Counted from the stretch's first letter, positions 1-10,551 are shown. The stretch: DNA of 64,000 bases from Ignavibacteriota bacterium (GCA_963701295.1 OY969585.1:3579694-3643693), one strand, 5' to 3'. Notes: generated by a model from the letters alone, not told the origin. Program-made: numbers and translations.

Positions 1-1
1 G

Positions 2-649
2 AATAGTCGCCGAGCCATTTCTTGGCACTCCGCGTTGTATTTGACTGAACTGATCGGCAGGCTGGGAAATCGAATCATTCTCAGTTTTCTCTCCTTCCGT
101 CGTCGATCCGAAAATAACAATCATCTTTGATGGCAGCCAAAACTTCTCCTGCACAAATTCATAGGTAAAAACTATAGAAAGTGTTCGGCCTTCGCGCGGA
201 ATAGTTTCTATCTTTGCAATTGTCCAATGCGTAGAATCGATCCATGCGTACATCTGCCGTAAGCGTGTTTTCTTTTCCTTTGCAGCAAGCTGAAGTTTGT
301 ATAACATTCGGCCATCGAGAGTGTCTGTTCCAAGAAATGATGCATCGTAGCGTTCAAATAACACTGCTGGATTCAAAGTGACACCTTCGCGTGGTACGAA
401 CAAAAAACCCTGCGATGTAAAATGAACTTTATCCGGCCTCTTAAAATCCATCGTTGCATGCATCTTGGGAACTTGTACGCGCTCCATCTTAACTTCTGCA
501 TCGATAGTTGCTACAAAGTCATGGACCTCTGCGAATCCATTCACGACTCTCGCGAGAAGAGTGTCGGCATTTAGCGCTTCTGATAACTTTTGTGCACAAG
601 TCGTATTCAATACTAAACTGGTCATTAATGCTATTCTTACAATTTTCAT
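2..649 (-). CDS. LolA-like outer-membrane lipoprotein carrier/sorting family protein (3' end runs off the window)
   Basis: Not in the ORF track. Manual translation from ATG at 649 (RBS AAGAGGTG) gives MKIVRIALMTSLVLNTTCAQKLSEALNADTLLARVVNGFAEVHDFVATIDAEVKMERVQVPKMHATMDFKRPDKVHF..., open to the window edge. Signal peptide plus a LolA-like F-K-R-P-D-K motif. Confidence 0.65.
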   Translation of the reverse strand, partial: MKIVRIALMTSLVLNTTCAQKLSEALNADTLLARVVNGFAEVHDFVATIDAEVKMERVQVPKMHATMDFKRPDKVHFTSQGFLFVPREGVTLNPAVLFERYDASFLGTDTLDGRMLYKLQLAAKEKKTRLRQMYAWIDSTHWTIAKIETIPREGRTLSIVFTYEFVQEKFWLPSKMIVIFGSTTEGEKTENDSISQPADQFSQIQRGVPRNGSATI

Positions 650-714
650 TGTCACCTCTTTATTATTTCATAGGACAAGATGGCTCCCTATCCCATACTA
701 GATATAAACATATT

Positions 715-1986
715 TTAAATGGTTCTTGTTTCTTGAGCATGTACAAATTTATTATAGAGAACCATCAACAACGTACCAAGTGCGCCTATGCCTATGAGTG
801 CAAACCACACCATTTCCGGTTTGCCATTTGCTTTGGAAGTTTGATAGAGCCATCCGCCAAGGGGATCGCCGACAAATCTTGCTATGGCAATGGGCAAAAA
901 TGCATATCCCTGATACAATCCTTGCTGGCCTGGAGGAGCGATTTCTGAAATATACTCATAATATCGTGGTGCTTGGATCATTTCACCGATAGCGAATGCA
1001 ACGATGCCGGCTGCAATTGTTGGAATACTTGGATAGATGCCGATGATGAGCCAGATGAAACTCGATACCGCGAATCCAAGAACGATTGCAGTACGTGTCG
1101 GAATATTCTTCGTGACACGATTGAGCGGAATCTGAAAGAGAATAATCGCCCCGGCTCCAGCCCATGATTGAAGAATCTCATACGGCGCGTTTGCATTGAT
1201 GTAATCAGTGACATAATAGGGGACGATGATGAATTCCTGCCAAAAGATAATCCAGTAGAGAGAATAGATAAGCAGAAAGATCATGAATTTGAAATTTGCC
1301 AGTACCACAAACAGATTGGTGATCTTTTTCCCAAGAGATTCGATGACTTCCGTGCGTGCGCTCTTCACTTCCTTGTAGAGAATTAAATTGACAATGAGCA
1401 TTGCAAGGCAGCTGATCGACGAAACCACATAGACAAATTCATTCCCAAATTTGTCGCGCACAAAATAGGCGATTGTGGGTCCAAGTAATGCTCCGACATT
1501 GACTAACCAGTAGTACACCGCAAACCCCAGCGACTTTGTTTCCTCTTTCGATGTCACGGCAACCGTTCCAAGTACAGACGGTTTGATGAATGAACCGCCA
1601 AACGCCGTCAGGACTAGAAAAATCAGCAATAACCAGTACAGATTGAAATTACTATAAACACCGGCAAATGCACTCATTCCGACAGATCCGATTAAAAAAT
1701 ATCCGAGCGCCAGAATGGAAAAGGCAATATTAAATGCACGGCGAAATCCCCACTTATCTGCGAGCGTGCCTCCGAGGATCGGCAGCAAATAAATCAATCC
1801 ACCGAAGATTCCAGAAAGTTGTCCGGCTTCTGTCTCTGTGAATCCAAGTTTATTACGGAGGTAAATCATGAAAACAATTTGCTGTCCGTAATATGCCAGC
1901 CGCTCGAACAGCTCCATTCCGTTGGCGACCCAGAATGTCGGGTGAAAACCGTTGCGGATTTCTTGCGCTCTCGCTCGAATTTTCAA
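715..1986 (-). CDS. MFS transporter, POT/PTR oligopeptide:H+ symporter family
   Basis: ExxERxxYY motif (ELFERLAYYG), GGTLADKWGFRR loop, about 12 hydrophobic segments. Confidence 0.9.
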   Translation of the reverse strand: MKIRARAQEIRNGFHPTFWVANGMELFERLAYYGQQIVFMIYLRNKLGFTETEAGQLSGIFGGLIYLLPILGGTLADKWGFRRAFNIAFSILALGYFLIGSVGMSAFAGVYSNFNLYWLLLIFLVLTAFGGSFIKPSVLGTVAVTSKEETKSLGFAVYYWLVNVGALLGPTIAYFVRDKFGNEFVYVVSSISCLAMLIVNLILYKEVKSARTEVIESLGKKITNLFVVLANFKFMIFLLIYSLYWIIFWQEFIIVPYYVTDYINANAPYEILQSWAGAGAIILFQIPLNRVTKNIPTRTAIVLGFAVSSFIWLIIGIYPSIPTIAAGIVAFAIGEMIQAPRYYEYISEIAPPGQQGLYQGYAFLPIAIARFVGDPLGGWLYQTSKANGKPEMVWFALIGIGALGTLLMVLYNKFVHAQETRTI

Positions 1987-2032
1987 ATATCACCCTTCCT
2001 GCAATTTGAGAGATGAAATTTTACATTTTGTA

Positions 2033-2926
2033 TCAGATCGTACTTAATCCAGCTTCCTTGACGATGACTGGTGTTATGCTTTCCCACATAACAGGCATGA
2101 TATGGATGCCCCGTACTCCTTTTATCTTTTTGAGCGCTTTAATCATTTCAATCGCAATTTTTATTCCTTCTTCTTTTGGGTCGGAAGCGTTTTCCAAGCG
2201 GTTGATATACTCGTCATTTATTTTTACACCGGGAACTTCCTTTTTCATATGATGTAAAGCCTTTACAGATTTCACCGGCATAACGCCGGCAAGAATTGCG
2301 CATTTCTCATGCAGCCCCATCTCAACAACTTTTTCCATCCAGCGGGTAAAAATATCCATATCAAATACCGGCTGAGTCTGGATGAAACGTGCTCCTGTTT
2401 TTACTTTTTTATGTAAACGGATGAGCCGCATTTCAAACGGCTCGGCAAATGGATTCGCTGCAGCACCAACGAAAAAGTCGGGAGCTTTTTTCATTTCTTG
2501 TTCGGAAAGTAAAAAACCGCTGTTCATCTTAGCAACTGTAGCAATGAGCTGTATTGAATCTAAATCAAACACGCCTTTTGCTTCCGGCTGGTCGCCGAAT
2601 TTCTGGTAATCGCCGGTTAAACAGAGTAAGTTATGAATGCCAAGTGCAGCAGCCCCCAACAAATCGCTCTGAAGAGCAATCCTATTACGATCGCGGCATG
2701 TCATCTGCATAATCGGTTCGAGGCCTTCCTCCAACAATATTTTTGCTGAAGCTATGCTTGATAACCGAACAATAGCAGTCTGATTATCTGTTATATTCAC
2801 CGCGTCAACAACGCCTTTGAAATACTTGGATTTTTCCCTGATGACATTCCCGTCGCAGCTTTTTGGCGGACCAATCTCACCGCAAACGATAAACCTTCCT
2901 GATTCAATTTTTTCTTTGAGTGTCAT
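2033..2926 (-). CDS. metF: Methylenetetrahydrofolate reductase
   Basis: EIGPPK, NITDN, MTCRDRNRIALQSDLLGA, LTGD and IQTQPVFD motifs. Confidence 0.92.
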   Translation of the reverse strand: MTLKEKIESGRFIVCGEIGPPKSCDGNVIREKSKYFKGVVDAVNITDNQTAIVRLSSIASAKILLEEGLEPIMQMTCRDRNRIALQSDLLGAAALGIHNLLCLTGDYQKFGDQPEAKGVFDLDSIQLIATVAKMNSGFLLSEQEMKKAPDFFVGAAANPFAEPFEMRLIRLHKKVKTGARFIQTQPVFDMDIFTRWMEKVVEMGLHEKCAILAGVMPVKSVKALHHMKKEVPGVKINDEYINRLENASDPKEEGIKIAIEMIKALKKIKGVRGIHIMPVMWESITPVIVKEAGLSTI

Positions 2927-3362
2927 CGGATAGAATTTCCTTCACTTTCCGCTTATCGCCGCGAACAAACCAAATCGGTGCATCAATTCGTTTCATGAAT
3001 ACGTTGAGCCAGGCGGATGTGCCCTCTAAATTCCAGTTATGGATCTTATTTATTTTATATAACAAGTTTAAGCGATTCAACATTTTCGAACGATAATAGA
3101 TCCTATACCAAACACATTTTCGTTCTGGATATACTTCGCACGATCCTCCTGCGCCTGTTCCTCCACACGGCCCATTGCGTATCCTTTTGGGACATCTCTG
3201 ACTGCAGATGAAAGCTGTAGACGATAATATGCATTCGCCGCAGTGCTGACAACCGAAGACCGGCACTTTTACAATGTCTTCAAAAAGAAGTAGGAGGCGT
3301 GAGATTTTTTTTTCGCGCGGTGATATCGGAGGTTTTCCGGATGTAACAAAATCAATTGACAT
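2904..3362 (-). CDS. MTHFR C-terminal-like (MetV-type) Cys-rich zinc/Fe-S subunit
   Basis: CQHCGEC...CSQRCPKRIRNGPCGG...CEV...CVW pattern; overlaps the metF start. Confidence 0.85.
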   Translation of the reverse strand: MSIDFVTSGKPPISPREKKISRLLLLFEDIVKVPVFGCQHCGECILSSTAFICSQRCPKRIRNGPCGGTGAGGSCEVYPERKCVWYRIYYRSKMLNRLNLLYKINKIHNWNLEGTSAWLNVFMKRIDAPIWFVRGDKRKVKEILSDDTQRKN

Positions 3363-3398
3363 GTGATCTATTTCTCTTTTCTCTCAGAAATTTCTTTT

Positions 3399-4271
3399 CT
3401 AAGAATAGAAACCCATTACCCTCATAATTGCATCAAAACCATCCAATTGAAGTACATCTTTTAAGCATTGCATTGCAGGGTGATCCTCCGTCAGGATCGA
3501 ATAATTACGTTTGACAGAACCGATAATAGTATTCAATCCCATCGGCATCGCCATAGTTAAGAAAGCGCTCTCCAAAGGACCCTTTACCGGTGATCCGTCA
3601 GCCCGTTTGGAAGGAAGCATAACGGTAAAATTGCTTAACCCAACTGATATATTCACACTTTGAAGGTCCGCATCTTCATGAATCAATTTGATTGTATTTA
3701 TCAATCTCTTAAAATTTCCTTCCGAATCACTTCCAATCGGCACGATACCTGGATCAAGAATAACCTCACTGTTCTTTACACTGCTTATGCGCTCACGGGC
3801 GATATTCATCATAACTTTTGCCGTCGCATGCGTTTCTTCTGCTGTTTTATTCATTTTTAAATCGCCGCTTTGATCCGAACCTTCTGTAACAAGGAGGATC
3901 GGAATAAATGGCTGCTTTTTATAAATATCGAACATTTGCAGTCGCGCCTGAGAGATTGAATTTATGATCGGCTTTCTTTTTCCTGCACGTTCAGGATTGT
4001 ACGCTTCCAGCCCTGCGGTGGCTATTTCAGGATCAGGTGTATCGATCGAAAGAGGAAGTGCAATGTGCTCTTGAATTTTCGTTACAATATCTGCCATGAA
4101 TCCAGGGGAACGCAATCCTACATTTACATCTATATAGGCAGCGCCGCTTTCTGCCTGCGATTTTGCCAGCTCCACTATTCCAGCAATATCATTCTTTTCG
4201 AATAATGTATGGGTAGAAGGCACAGAATCATTTATTGATTCGCCGATAATCGTCAGGCCTGCAATGCTCAT
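3399..4271 (-). CDS. Pterin-binding methyltetrahydrofolate:corrinoid methyltransferase (AcsE/MetH pterin-domain-like)
   Basis: IIGESIN, GAAYIDVNVG, PLSIDT, IINSIS, ILDPG and VGLSN motifs. Confidence 0.85.
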   Translation of the reverse strand: MSIAGLTIIGESINDSVPSTHTLFEKNDIAGIVELAKSQAESGAAYIDVNVGLRSPGFMADIVTKIQEHIALPLSIDTPDPEIATAGLEAYNPERAGKRKPIINSISQARLQMFDIYKKQPFIPILLVTEGSDQSGDLKMNKTAEETHATAKVMMNIARERISSVKNSEVILDPGIVPIGSDSEGNFKRLINTIKLIHEDADLQSVNISVGLSNFTVMLPSKRADGSPVKGPLESAFLTMAMPMGLNTIIGSVKRNYSILTEDHPAMQCLKDVLQLDGFDAIMRVMGFYS

Positions 4272-4425
4272 AGACGTTCCTTTTTCGTTAAGACATTTTT
4301 ACAATAAAAAGAAAAATAGGAAAAATTAGCTTGATATGCATTTCATGAGCACGGAAAAAATAAAAAGGAATTACGCACTTTTCGGCTAATTGATACATCG
4401 GCAGGTTATTAGTAAGCTATGAAAA

Positions 4426-5262
4426 TTATGATAGAATATCTTTCCTTACAAACACTGCCCACGCGCTCAGTACAAATGCAAGTGTCCACGTTCCCATGAA
4501 GAGAATACCTGTTTTAATCTCATCCCAAGGAACCGGATCCTGAAACATTTTCTGCCACATATTGAGATATTTTGTGAAGAGAAATCTTTTCGGGACTTCA
4601 AACAAATCCACAGGAATGACACTGATGACAGCAAACACAATCAGTACTCCCATTGTTGCAACGATAGGCCCAATGGCATTCTCGACGAACGACGAAAAGA
4701 AAAATGAGAGCGATGCGATCGTGATCATCGTCCATGTGGCAAGAAGATATGCGATCAAAAAGCGCCATGCAACCTCCGCCTCCGGCAGAATGAGGATACC
4801 GCGAAGAATGACAATAAGATCACCGCGTCCAAGGAGAATCACTGCTAATCCGACACTTAAGCCTGCCAGAAAGAAAACGAAGACAATTGTGTAAATAAGA
4901 GTCGTTATGTACTTGGCAATAAAAATACGGGTACGTGATACAGGCCGGATAAGAATCAAACGGTACGTGCCCGCAGTAGCTTCTCCGGCAAGTTGATCTC
5001 CTGCAACAAACGAGATAAGGAGTGGAATGTGAAACCAGAGACTGTTCATAATTTGGTGAGCAACAAACCATCCGTTAAACAGATTTCCAAAGAAAAGAAA
5101 GTCTTGCGATAATCCACGTAATGCTATCGTCAAGAATCGACCGCCTTCCAGCTTCATGGCAACCTCTACTAACGGCACAAGCAGAAGAATAATTCCAAAG
5201 CCGATGTATGTCCGCTTCTTGAGGAAAAGCTTGATGAGTTCGCAATATATTAATCGAGTCAT
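4426..5262 (-). CDS. ABC-2 type transporter permease
   Basis: Six TM segments; AGEATAGTYRLILIRPVSRTRIFIAK motif; adjacent to an ATPase gene. Confidence 0.9.
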   Translation of the reverse strand: MTRLIYCELIKLFLKKRTYIGFGIILLLVPLVEVAMKLEGGRFLTIALRGLSQDFLFFGNLFNGWFVAHQIMNSLWFHIPLLISFVAGDQLAGEATAGTYRLILIRPVSRTRIFIAKYITTLIYTIVFVFFLAGLSVGLAVILLGRGDLIVILRGILILPEAEVAWRFLIAYLLATWTMITIASLSFFFSSFVENAIGPIVATMGVLIVFAVISVIPVDLFEVPKRFLFTKYLNMWQKMFQDPVPWDEIKTGILFMGTWTLAFVLSAWAVFVRKDILS

Positions 5263-5270
5263 GTGCAGTC

Positions 5271-6185
5271 CTATGTTGCACGTTCCGTCATCGACAGGAA
5301 GAGATCTTCCAGCGAACGACGCGGAATCAACGCACTCACCTGAACACCGCCACCTACAAGAGCTTTGTTCAATTCAGGAATAAGTGCAAAATCCATTGTC
5401 ACTTCAAATCTTCCTTCTTTCTCGGAAAAATTTTCCAGGATTCTTTTTTGACGCTTTAGAACAGAGAGAACCTTTTGCCGCGGTTCCGCTTGAAGAATCA
5501 CATACTTCTCCCCTTCATCTAATAACGTATTGACATCCCCCTGAACGACCAGTTCTCCGTTATGAATAATCGCCATACGGCTGGCAACCATTTCTATTTC
5601 GTTCAGCAGGTGCGAAGAGAGAATAATTGTTTTCTTCTGATCACGGGAGAGATGCACAATGAGATCGCGCACTTCCTTCATTCCCTGCGGATCAAGTCCG
5701 TTCGTGGGTTCATCAAGAATGACAAGTTCGGGATCGGAAATTAATGCTTGCGCAATACCAAGCCGTTGTTTCATTCCGTGCGAATATGTTTTAACACGAT
5801 CAGTCGCCCGGCCGCTCAAGCCAACAAGATCGAGCACTTCGAAGATTCTTTTACGGTTCACATCACCGGAAAGCGCACCGACAATTTCAAGATTTTTATA
5901 TGCAGAAAGATATTGATAGAAATCTGGTTTCTCAACAATTCCTCCAACACGACGGAGCGCCTCCGACCGATGCGATTTGAGGAAATGGCCAAAAATTTCC
6001 GTCGCACCCTCCGTTGGTTTGATGAGCGAGAGAATCATACGGATGGTCGTACTTTTTCCTGCACCATTCGGTCCCAGAAAACCAAAGACATCACTGCGGC
6101 GAACTTCAAGATTCAGATTCTTGACAGCCCAGCGCTTCCCATACCGCTTCCCGAGTTGCCGTGTTTGAAGTATAGTTTCTCTCAT
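5271..6185 (-). CDS. ABC transporter ATP-binding protein (BcrA-like)
   Basis: Walker A GPNGAGKST, YSHGMKQRLG signature, ILDEPTNGLD. Start taken at MRETILQ (6185); the ORF track extends to 6233. Confidence 0.93.
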   Translation of the reverse strand: MRETILQTRQLGKRYGKRWAVKNLNLEVRRSDVFGFLGPNGAGKSTTIRMILSLIKPTEGATEIFGHFLKSHRSEALRRVGGIVEKPDFYQYLSAYKNLEIVGALSGDVNRKRIFEVLDLVGLSGRATDRVKTYSHGMKQRLGIAQALISDPELVILDEPTNGLDPQGMKEVRDLIVHLSRDQKKTIILSSHLLNEIEMVASRMAIIHNGELVVQGDVNTLLDEGEKYVILQAEPRQKVLSVLKRQKRILENFSEKEGRFEVTMDFALIPELNKALVGGGVQVSALIPRRSLEDLFLSMTERAT

Positions 6186-6351
6186 AACAAATAATCGATC
6201 ATGGTGCTCCTGCCAATATACCAATGCCTTCATTCTTGTTCAACTGAAAACTATCGGCATCTCATGAAAGAATTTATTTGGAGAAAAGCATTGGAATCTG
6301 TATCTTAATAACAAAGTAAAGTATTATTCAACATTCGCATAAGCAAAAATA

Positions 6352-7350
6352 ATGAAGAAATTATATACCGTCGCTGTAGTAGGTGCAACCGGTTTAGTGG
6401 GTCGAACGATGATCACTGTTCTGGAAGAACTAAATTTTCCCGTTGAGCAGCTTGTTCCGCTCGCTTCCGCGCGATCCGCCGGAATGGAAGTGCCATTTAG
6501 AGGTAAACCCATAAAAGTCCAGACACTCACTGCCGAAAGCTTTACGGGCGTGGATTTTGCGCTCTTCTCAGCGGGCGCAACCGTGAGCAAAGAATTTGGA
6601 CCGAAAGCGATAGTACAAGGTGCTATTGTCATCGATAACAGCAGCGCATTCCGGATGGATCCGGATGTTCCGCTTATTGTTCCAGAGGTGAATCCAAAAG
6701 ATGCTTTCAAGCACCACGGTATTATTGCTAACCCGAATTGCTCCACGATCCAAATGGTGGTAGTATTGAAACCCCTGCACGATGCATTCGGCATCAAACG
6801 CGTTGTGGTCTCCACGTACCAATCAGTCACAGGCGCAGGAAAGAAAGGTATCAACCAGCTCGAAGATGAAATCGCCGAACAACCGCTGCGTGAAAAGAAA
6901 TTTCCACATCCGATCGCGTACAACGTACTGCCGCATATCGATGTTTTCCTTCCTGATGGCTACACGAAGGAAGAACAAAAAATGACGGATGAAACAAAAA
7001 AAATTATGTGTGCAGATATCCCGGTCACTGCTACGACAGTGCGCGTGCCGGTTATCGGCGGGCACAGTGAAGCAGTGAACATCGAGTTCGACCGTCCCTG
7101 CCCCATTGAAGACGTACGTGCAATTCTGAAACGGGCTCCCGGTATTATTGTCCAGGATGATCCTGCAACGAATCTGTATCCGCTTCCCATTCACGCATAT
7201 GGAAAGAACGATGTTTTCGTTGGCCGAATTCGAAAAGATTTCAGCATTCGCAATGGAATCAACCTTTGGATTGTCTCGGACAATGTTCGCAAAGGCGCAG
7301 CAACAAATGCAGTGCAAATTGCACAGCTGCTCATTTCACAAAAACAGTAA
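6352..7350 (+). CDS. asd: Aspartate-semialdehyde dehydrogenase
   Basis: VVGATGLVG, IANPNCST (catalytic Cys), STYQSVTGAG, DNVRKGAATNAVQIA. Confidence 0.97.
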   Translation: MKKLYTVAVVGATGLVGRTMITVLEELNFPVEQLVPLASARSAGMEVPFRGKPIKVQTLTAESFTGVDFALFSAGATVSKEFGPKAIVQGAIVIDNSSAFRMDPDVPLIVPEVNPKDAFKHHGIIANPNCSTIQMVVVLKPLHDAFGIKRVVVSTYQSVTGAGKKGINQLEDEIAEQPLREKKFPHPIAYNVLPHIDVFLPDGYTKEEQKMTDETKKIMCADIPVTATTVRVPVIGGHSEAVNIEFDRPCPIEDVRAILKRAPGIIVQDDPATNLYPLPIHAYGKNDVFVGRIRKDFSIRNGINLWIVSDNVRKGAATNAVQIAQLLISQKQ

Positions 7351-7360
7351 AAAGATGGAT

Positions 7361-7481
7361 AAATCTTAAATAACAATATTCAAAAAACAAACAGTATCAA
7401 ATGACTAAATTCCAATAACATAAATTTTGTTTTTAGATATTGTAATTTGTTTGATAATTAAATTTTGTGATTTTAAATTTT
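7361..7481. repeat. AT-rich imperfect palindrome built of ~7-nt A-rich then T-rich units
   Basis: aaatcttaaataacaatattcaaaaaacaaac... mirrored by ...ttgtaatttgtttgataattaaattttgtgattttaaattt between asd and lysC. A similar element lies at ~20929-21094. Confidence 0.55.
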
Positions 7482-7510
7482 CTCAACAGGCTGACAGAGG
7501 ATTCTAAAAA

Positions 7511-8905
7511 ATGATCGTTATGAAATTCGGTGGCACTTCCGTTGAAGATGCCAAGTCCATGCAAACTGTTATCCAAATCGTTCGAAAAGAGCAAACCCGA
7601 CAGCCTGTTGTCGTTCTCTCTGCCATTTCCGGTGCAACCAACACGCTTCTCAAAGCCGCACATATTGCACAAGAAGGCAAACTTGATGATGCTATTCTGC
7701 TCTTGAATGGGTTACTCGATCGACATGTGACAGTGATGGAGAATTTAATCGACGACCGCTCAACCGTCCAGCGGCTTATTGCATCATTTAAACCACGATT
7801 CGAAGAACTGCGGAATCTCTGCCAGGGCATTGCTATTCTTGGAGAGTTGACAAATCGTTCGCTCGATGCAATTGCATCGGTCGGTGAACTCCTTTCATCA
7901 CAGATTCTGAGCGAAGCGATGGATATTCAGGGTCTTCCGGCAAAATGGGTCGATGCACGAACTTATATCATAACGGATAACCAATTTGTGTCTGCAGTAC
8001 CGCAATTTGATCAGATCAATGTGAAAGTAAAACAGATTCTTACTCCTTTACTGGCATCAAAGACGATCATCGTTACACAGGGCTTCATTGGATCAAACTC
8101 GAAAGGAATTACAACTACTCTGGGCCGAGGAGGTTCTGATTACTCCGCGTCCATTATTGGCGCCGCATTGGATGCCGAAGAAATTCAGATCTGGACAGAC
8201 GTCGACGGTGTGCTTACAGCGGATCCGCGCATTGCTCCTGCAGCACAGAAGCTACGCATCATTTCATTCCGGGAAGCGGCAGAGCTCGCATATTTCGGAG
8301 CGAAAGTGCTGCACCCCAGCACCATCTTCCCTGCCGTAAAGAAAGAGATTCCGGTTGTTGTGCTGAATTCAAAACGTCCAGAGAATACCGGCACACGCAT
8401 CGTTTCCCATCCGCCGAAAACAAATGTTCCGGTAAAATCTATTGCCTGCAAACGCGGCATTACCGTTGTCAATGTTCAATCGCTGCGGATGTTGATGGCT
8501 TACGGCTTTTTGGAATCGATCTTTTCTGTGTTCAATAAATATGAGACATCTGTCGATCTTGTGAGCACTTCGGAAGTCGCTGTTTCGTTGACAATCGACA
8601 ACACCTCAACACTTGATATGATTATCGCAGAACTTTCGACATTTGCAGAGGTCTCCATTCTTGAGAAACAAGGAATTCTTTGTATTGTAGGCGATCAAAT
8701 GCGGTCAACTGCCGGAGTTGCCGATCAGATCTTTCACGCATTGCGGGAAATCAACTTAGTAATGATTTCTCAGGGAGCATCAGAAATCAATATGAGTATC
8801 GTCATCGAAGAATCGCAAATCGACGAAGCTGTACGACGGCTTCATAAACAATTTTTCGAATCTATTCCTGCCATTGATTTATTTGAACCGGTCGGAGGAA
8901 AATAG
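7511..8905 (+). CDS. lysC: Lysine-sensitive aspartokinase
   Basis: MKFGGTSV, TTLGRGGSDYSA, IWTDVDGVLTADPR, YFGAKVLHP, two C-terminal ACT domains. Confidence 0.96.
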   Translation: MIVMKFGGTSVEDAKSMQTVIQIVRKEQTRQPVVVLSAISGATNTLLKAAHIAQEGKLDDAILLLNGLLDRHVTVMENLIDDRSTVQRLIASFKPRFEELRNLCQGIAILGELTNRSLDAIASVGELLSSQILSEAMDIQGLPAKWVDARTYIITDNQFVSAVPQFDQINVKVKQILTPLLASKTIIVTQGFIGSNSKGITTTLGRGGSDYSASIIGAALDAEEIQIWTDVDGVLTADPRIAPAAQKLRIISFREAAELAYFGAKVLHPSTIFPAVKKEIPVVVLNSKRPENTGTRIVSHPPKTNVPVKSIACKRGITVVNVQSLRMLMAYGFLESIFSVFNKYETSVDLVSTSEVAVSLTIDNTSTLDMIIAELSTFAEVSILEKQGILCIVGDQMRSTAGVADQIFHALREINLVMISQGASEINMSIVIEESQIDEAVRRLHKQFFESIPAIDLFEPVGGK

Positions 8906-8910
8906 CCTTT

Positions 8911-9654
8911 ATGCGGATTGCTCTTGTAGGTTATGGAAAGATGGGAAAAGAGATCGAACGTCTCGCTCTCGAACGAGGCTGGAGTGTAGATCTCCGCGTC
9001 GATATCGACACGCCGCCGATTACATCTGCGCAGCGAACAAATATTGATGTTGTTATTCATTACGCTCAGGCCAATAGTATTGTTGATGACCTCACACCAT
9101 GGATAGAAGCACACAAATCGATCGTCGTCGGGACAACCGGTTGGCACGAACAAATGTCGAGAGTAGAAGCACTTGTGAAAAAAAATAATATTGGATTGAT
9201 TTACGCTTCTAACTTTTCGCTGGGCGTCAATATCTTCTTCCACCTTATTCGTACTGCAGCCCAAGCGATGGATCGATTTACAAACTATGATGCATTTATT
9301 CAAGAGATCCATCATAAGAATAAACTCGATAGCCCGAGCGGAACTGCATTGACGATGGGACAAATCGTTTTAAACCACTTTCGGCGAAAGAAAGAATTGC
9401 TCAACGAGACATCTCATGGAAAGATTCGTCCAGAGCAGCTGCATATTTCTTCAACACGAAGTGGTTCAGTGGTCGGCACACATATTCTTGCATTTGACTC
9501 AGCAGCGGACACAATCGAGTTAAAACATACTGCAAAAGACCGTTCCGGTTTTGCACTCGGTACATTGCTTGCAGCAGAATGGATTATCGGAAAAAAAGGA
9601 TTGTTTACAATGGACGATGTATTTCAAGATATTTTCAAACAAGGAGACCGTTAG
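8911..9654 (+). CDS. dapB: 4-hydroxy-tetrahydrodipicolinate reductase
   Basis: GYGKMG, VVGTTG, ASNFSLGVN, EIHHKNKLDSPSGTAL. Confidence 0.96.
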   Translation: MRIALVGYGKMGKEIERLALERGWSVDLRVDIDTPPITSAQRTNIDVVIHYAQANSIVDDLTPWIEAHKSIVVGTTGWHEQMSRVEALVKKNNIGLIYASNFSLGVNIFFHLIRTAAQAMDRFTNYDAFIQEIHHKNKLDSPSGTALTMGQIVLNHFRRKKELLNETSHGKIRPEQLHISSTRSGSVVGTHILAFDSAADTIELKHTAKDRSGFALGTLLAAEWIIGKKGLFTMDDVFQDIFKQGDR

Positions 9655-9657
9655 GTC

Positions 9658-10551
9658 ATGGCAGCACAGACAAAATTTCAAGGGACAGCAACAGCAATCG
9701 TCACGCCGTTTAAAAAAGACGGCACGATAGATGAAGCGGCATTAAGACGCTTCGTAGATTTTCAGATCAGCGGGGGTGTCGAAGCATTGGTACCCGTTGG
9801 GACAACAGGCGAGAATCCAACACTGAACGCAGACGAACAAAAGCGCGTCATCGAAATAGTCATTGAGCAGGCTAATAAACGGGTAAAAATCTTTGCCGGC
9901 GCCGGCAGCAATAACACTATTGAAGTGATTGAAAAAGCACGCTTTGCTAAAAGAGCTGGAGCAGATGCGGCATTGGTTGTCGGTCCTTACTATAATAGAC
10001 CGACACAGAATGGATACTTCCAACACTTTAGCGCTGTTGCCGATGCCGTGGATATTCCACTGATCATTTATAATGTGCCGGGGCGAACGGGTGGCAACAT
10101 CGAAGCTGCGACGATGTTACGGATGGCGGAAGAGATTCCCAATGTTGTGATGGTGAAAGAAGCATCCGGTAACATGACACAGATCATGGAAATAGCCCGC
10201 AACATGCCGAAGCATTTTTCTCTCCTCTCTGGGGACGATTCACTTGCATATTCTATTATCGCCCTCGGAGGCGACGGGTGTATTTCTGTGGTATCGAATG
10301 AATTGCCGAAAGAATATTCGAATTTGCTGCGGCTTTGCCTTAAAGGCAATTGGACAGAAGCACTTCAACTTCATTATCGCCTTCTGCCTTTAATGAATAT
10401 CAACTTTATCGAATCCAGCCCTACTCCTGTGAAAACTGCACTTGCAATGATGGGAATGATGGAGGAAACCCTCCGATTGCCATTGGTGCCCTTAACAGAG
10501 CCAAGCCGTGTAAAATTAAAGAATGCTTTGGCTGAACTGAAGCTGGTATGA
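9658..10551 (+). CDS. dapA: 4-hydroxy-tetrahydrodipicolinate synthase
   Basis: TAIVTPF, GTTGE, PYYN, YNVPGRTG, VKEASG, LSGDD. Confidence 0.97.
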   Translation: MAAQTKFQGTATAIVTPFKKDGTIDEAALRRFVDFQISGGVEALVPVGTTGENPTLNADEQKRVIEIVIEQANKRVKIFAGAGSNNTIEVIEKARFAKRAGADAALVVGPYYNRPTQNGYFQHFSAVADAVDIPLIIYNVPGRTGGNIEAATMLRMAEEIPNVVMVKEASGNMTQIMEIARNMPKHFSLLSGDDSLAYSIIALGGDGCISVVSNELPKEYSNLLRLCLKGNWTEALQLHYRLLPLMNINFIESSPTPVKTALAMMGMMEETLRLPLVPLTEPSRVKLKNALAELKLV

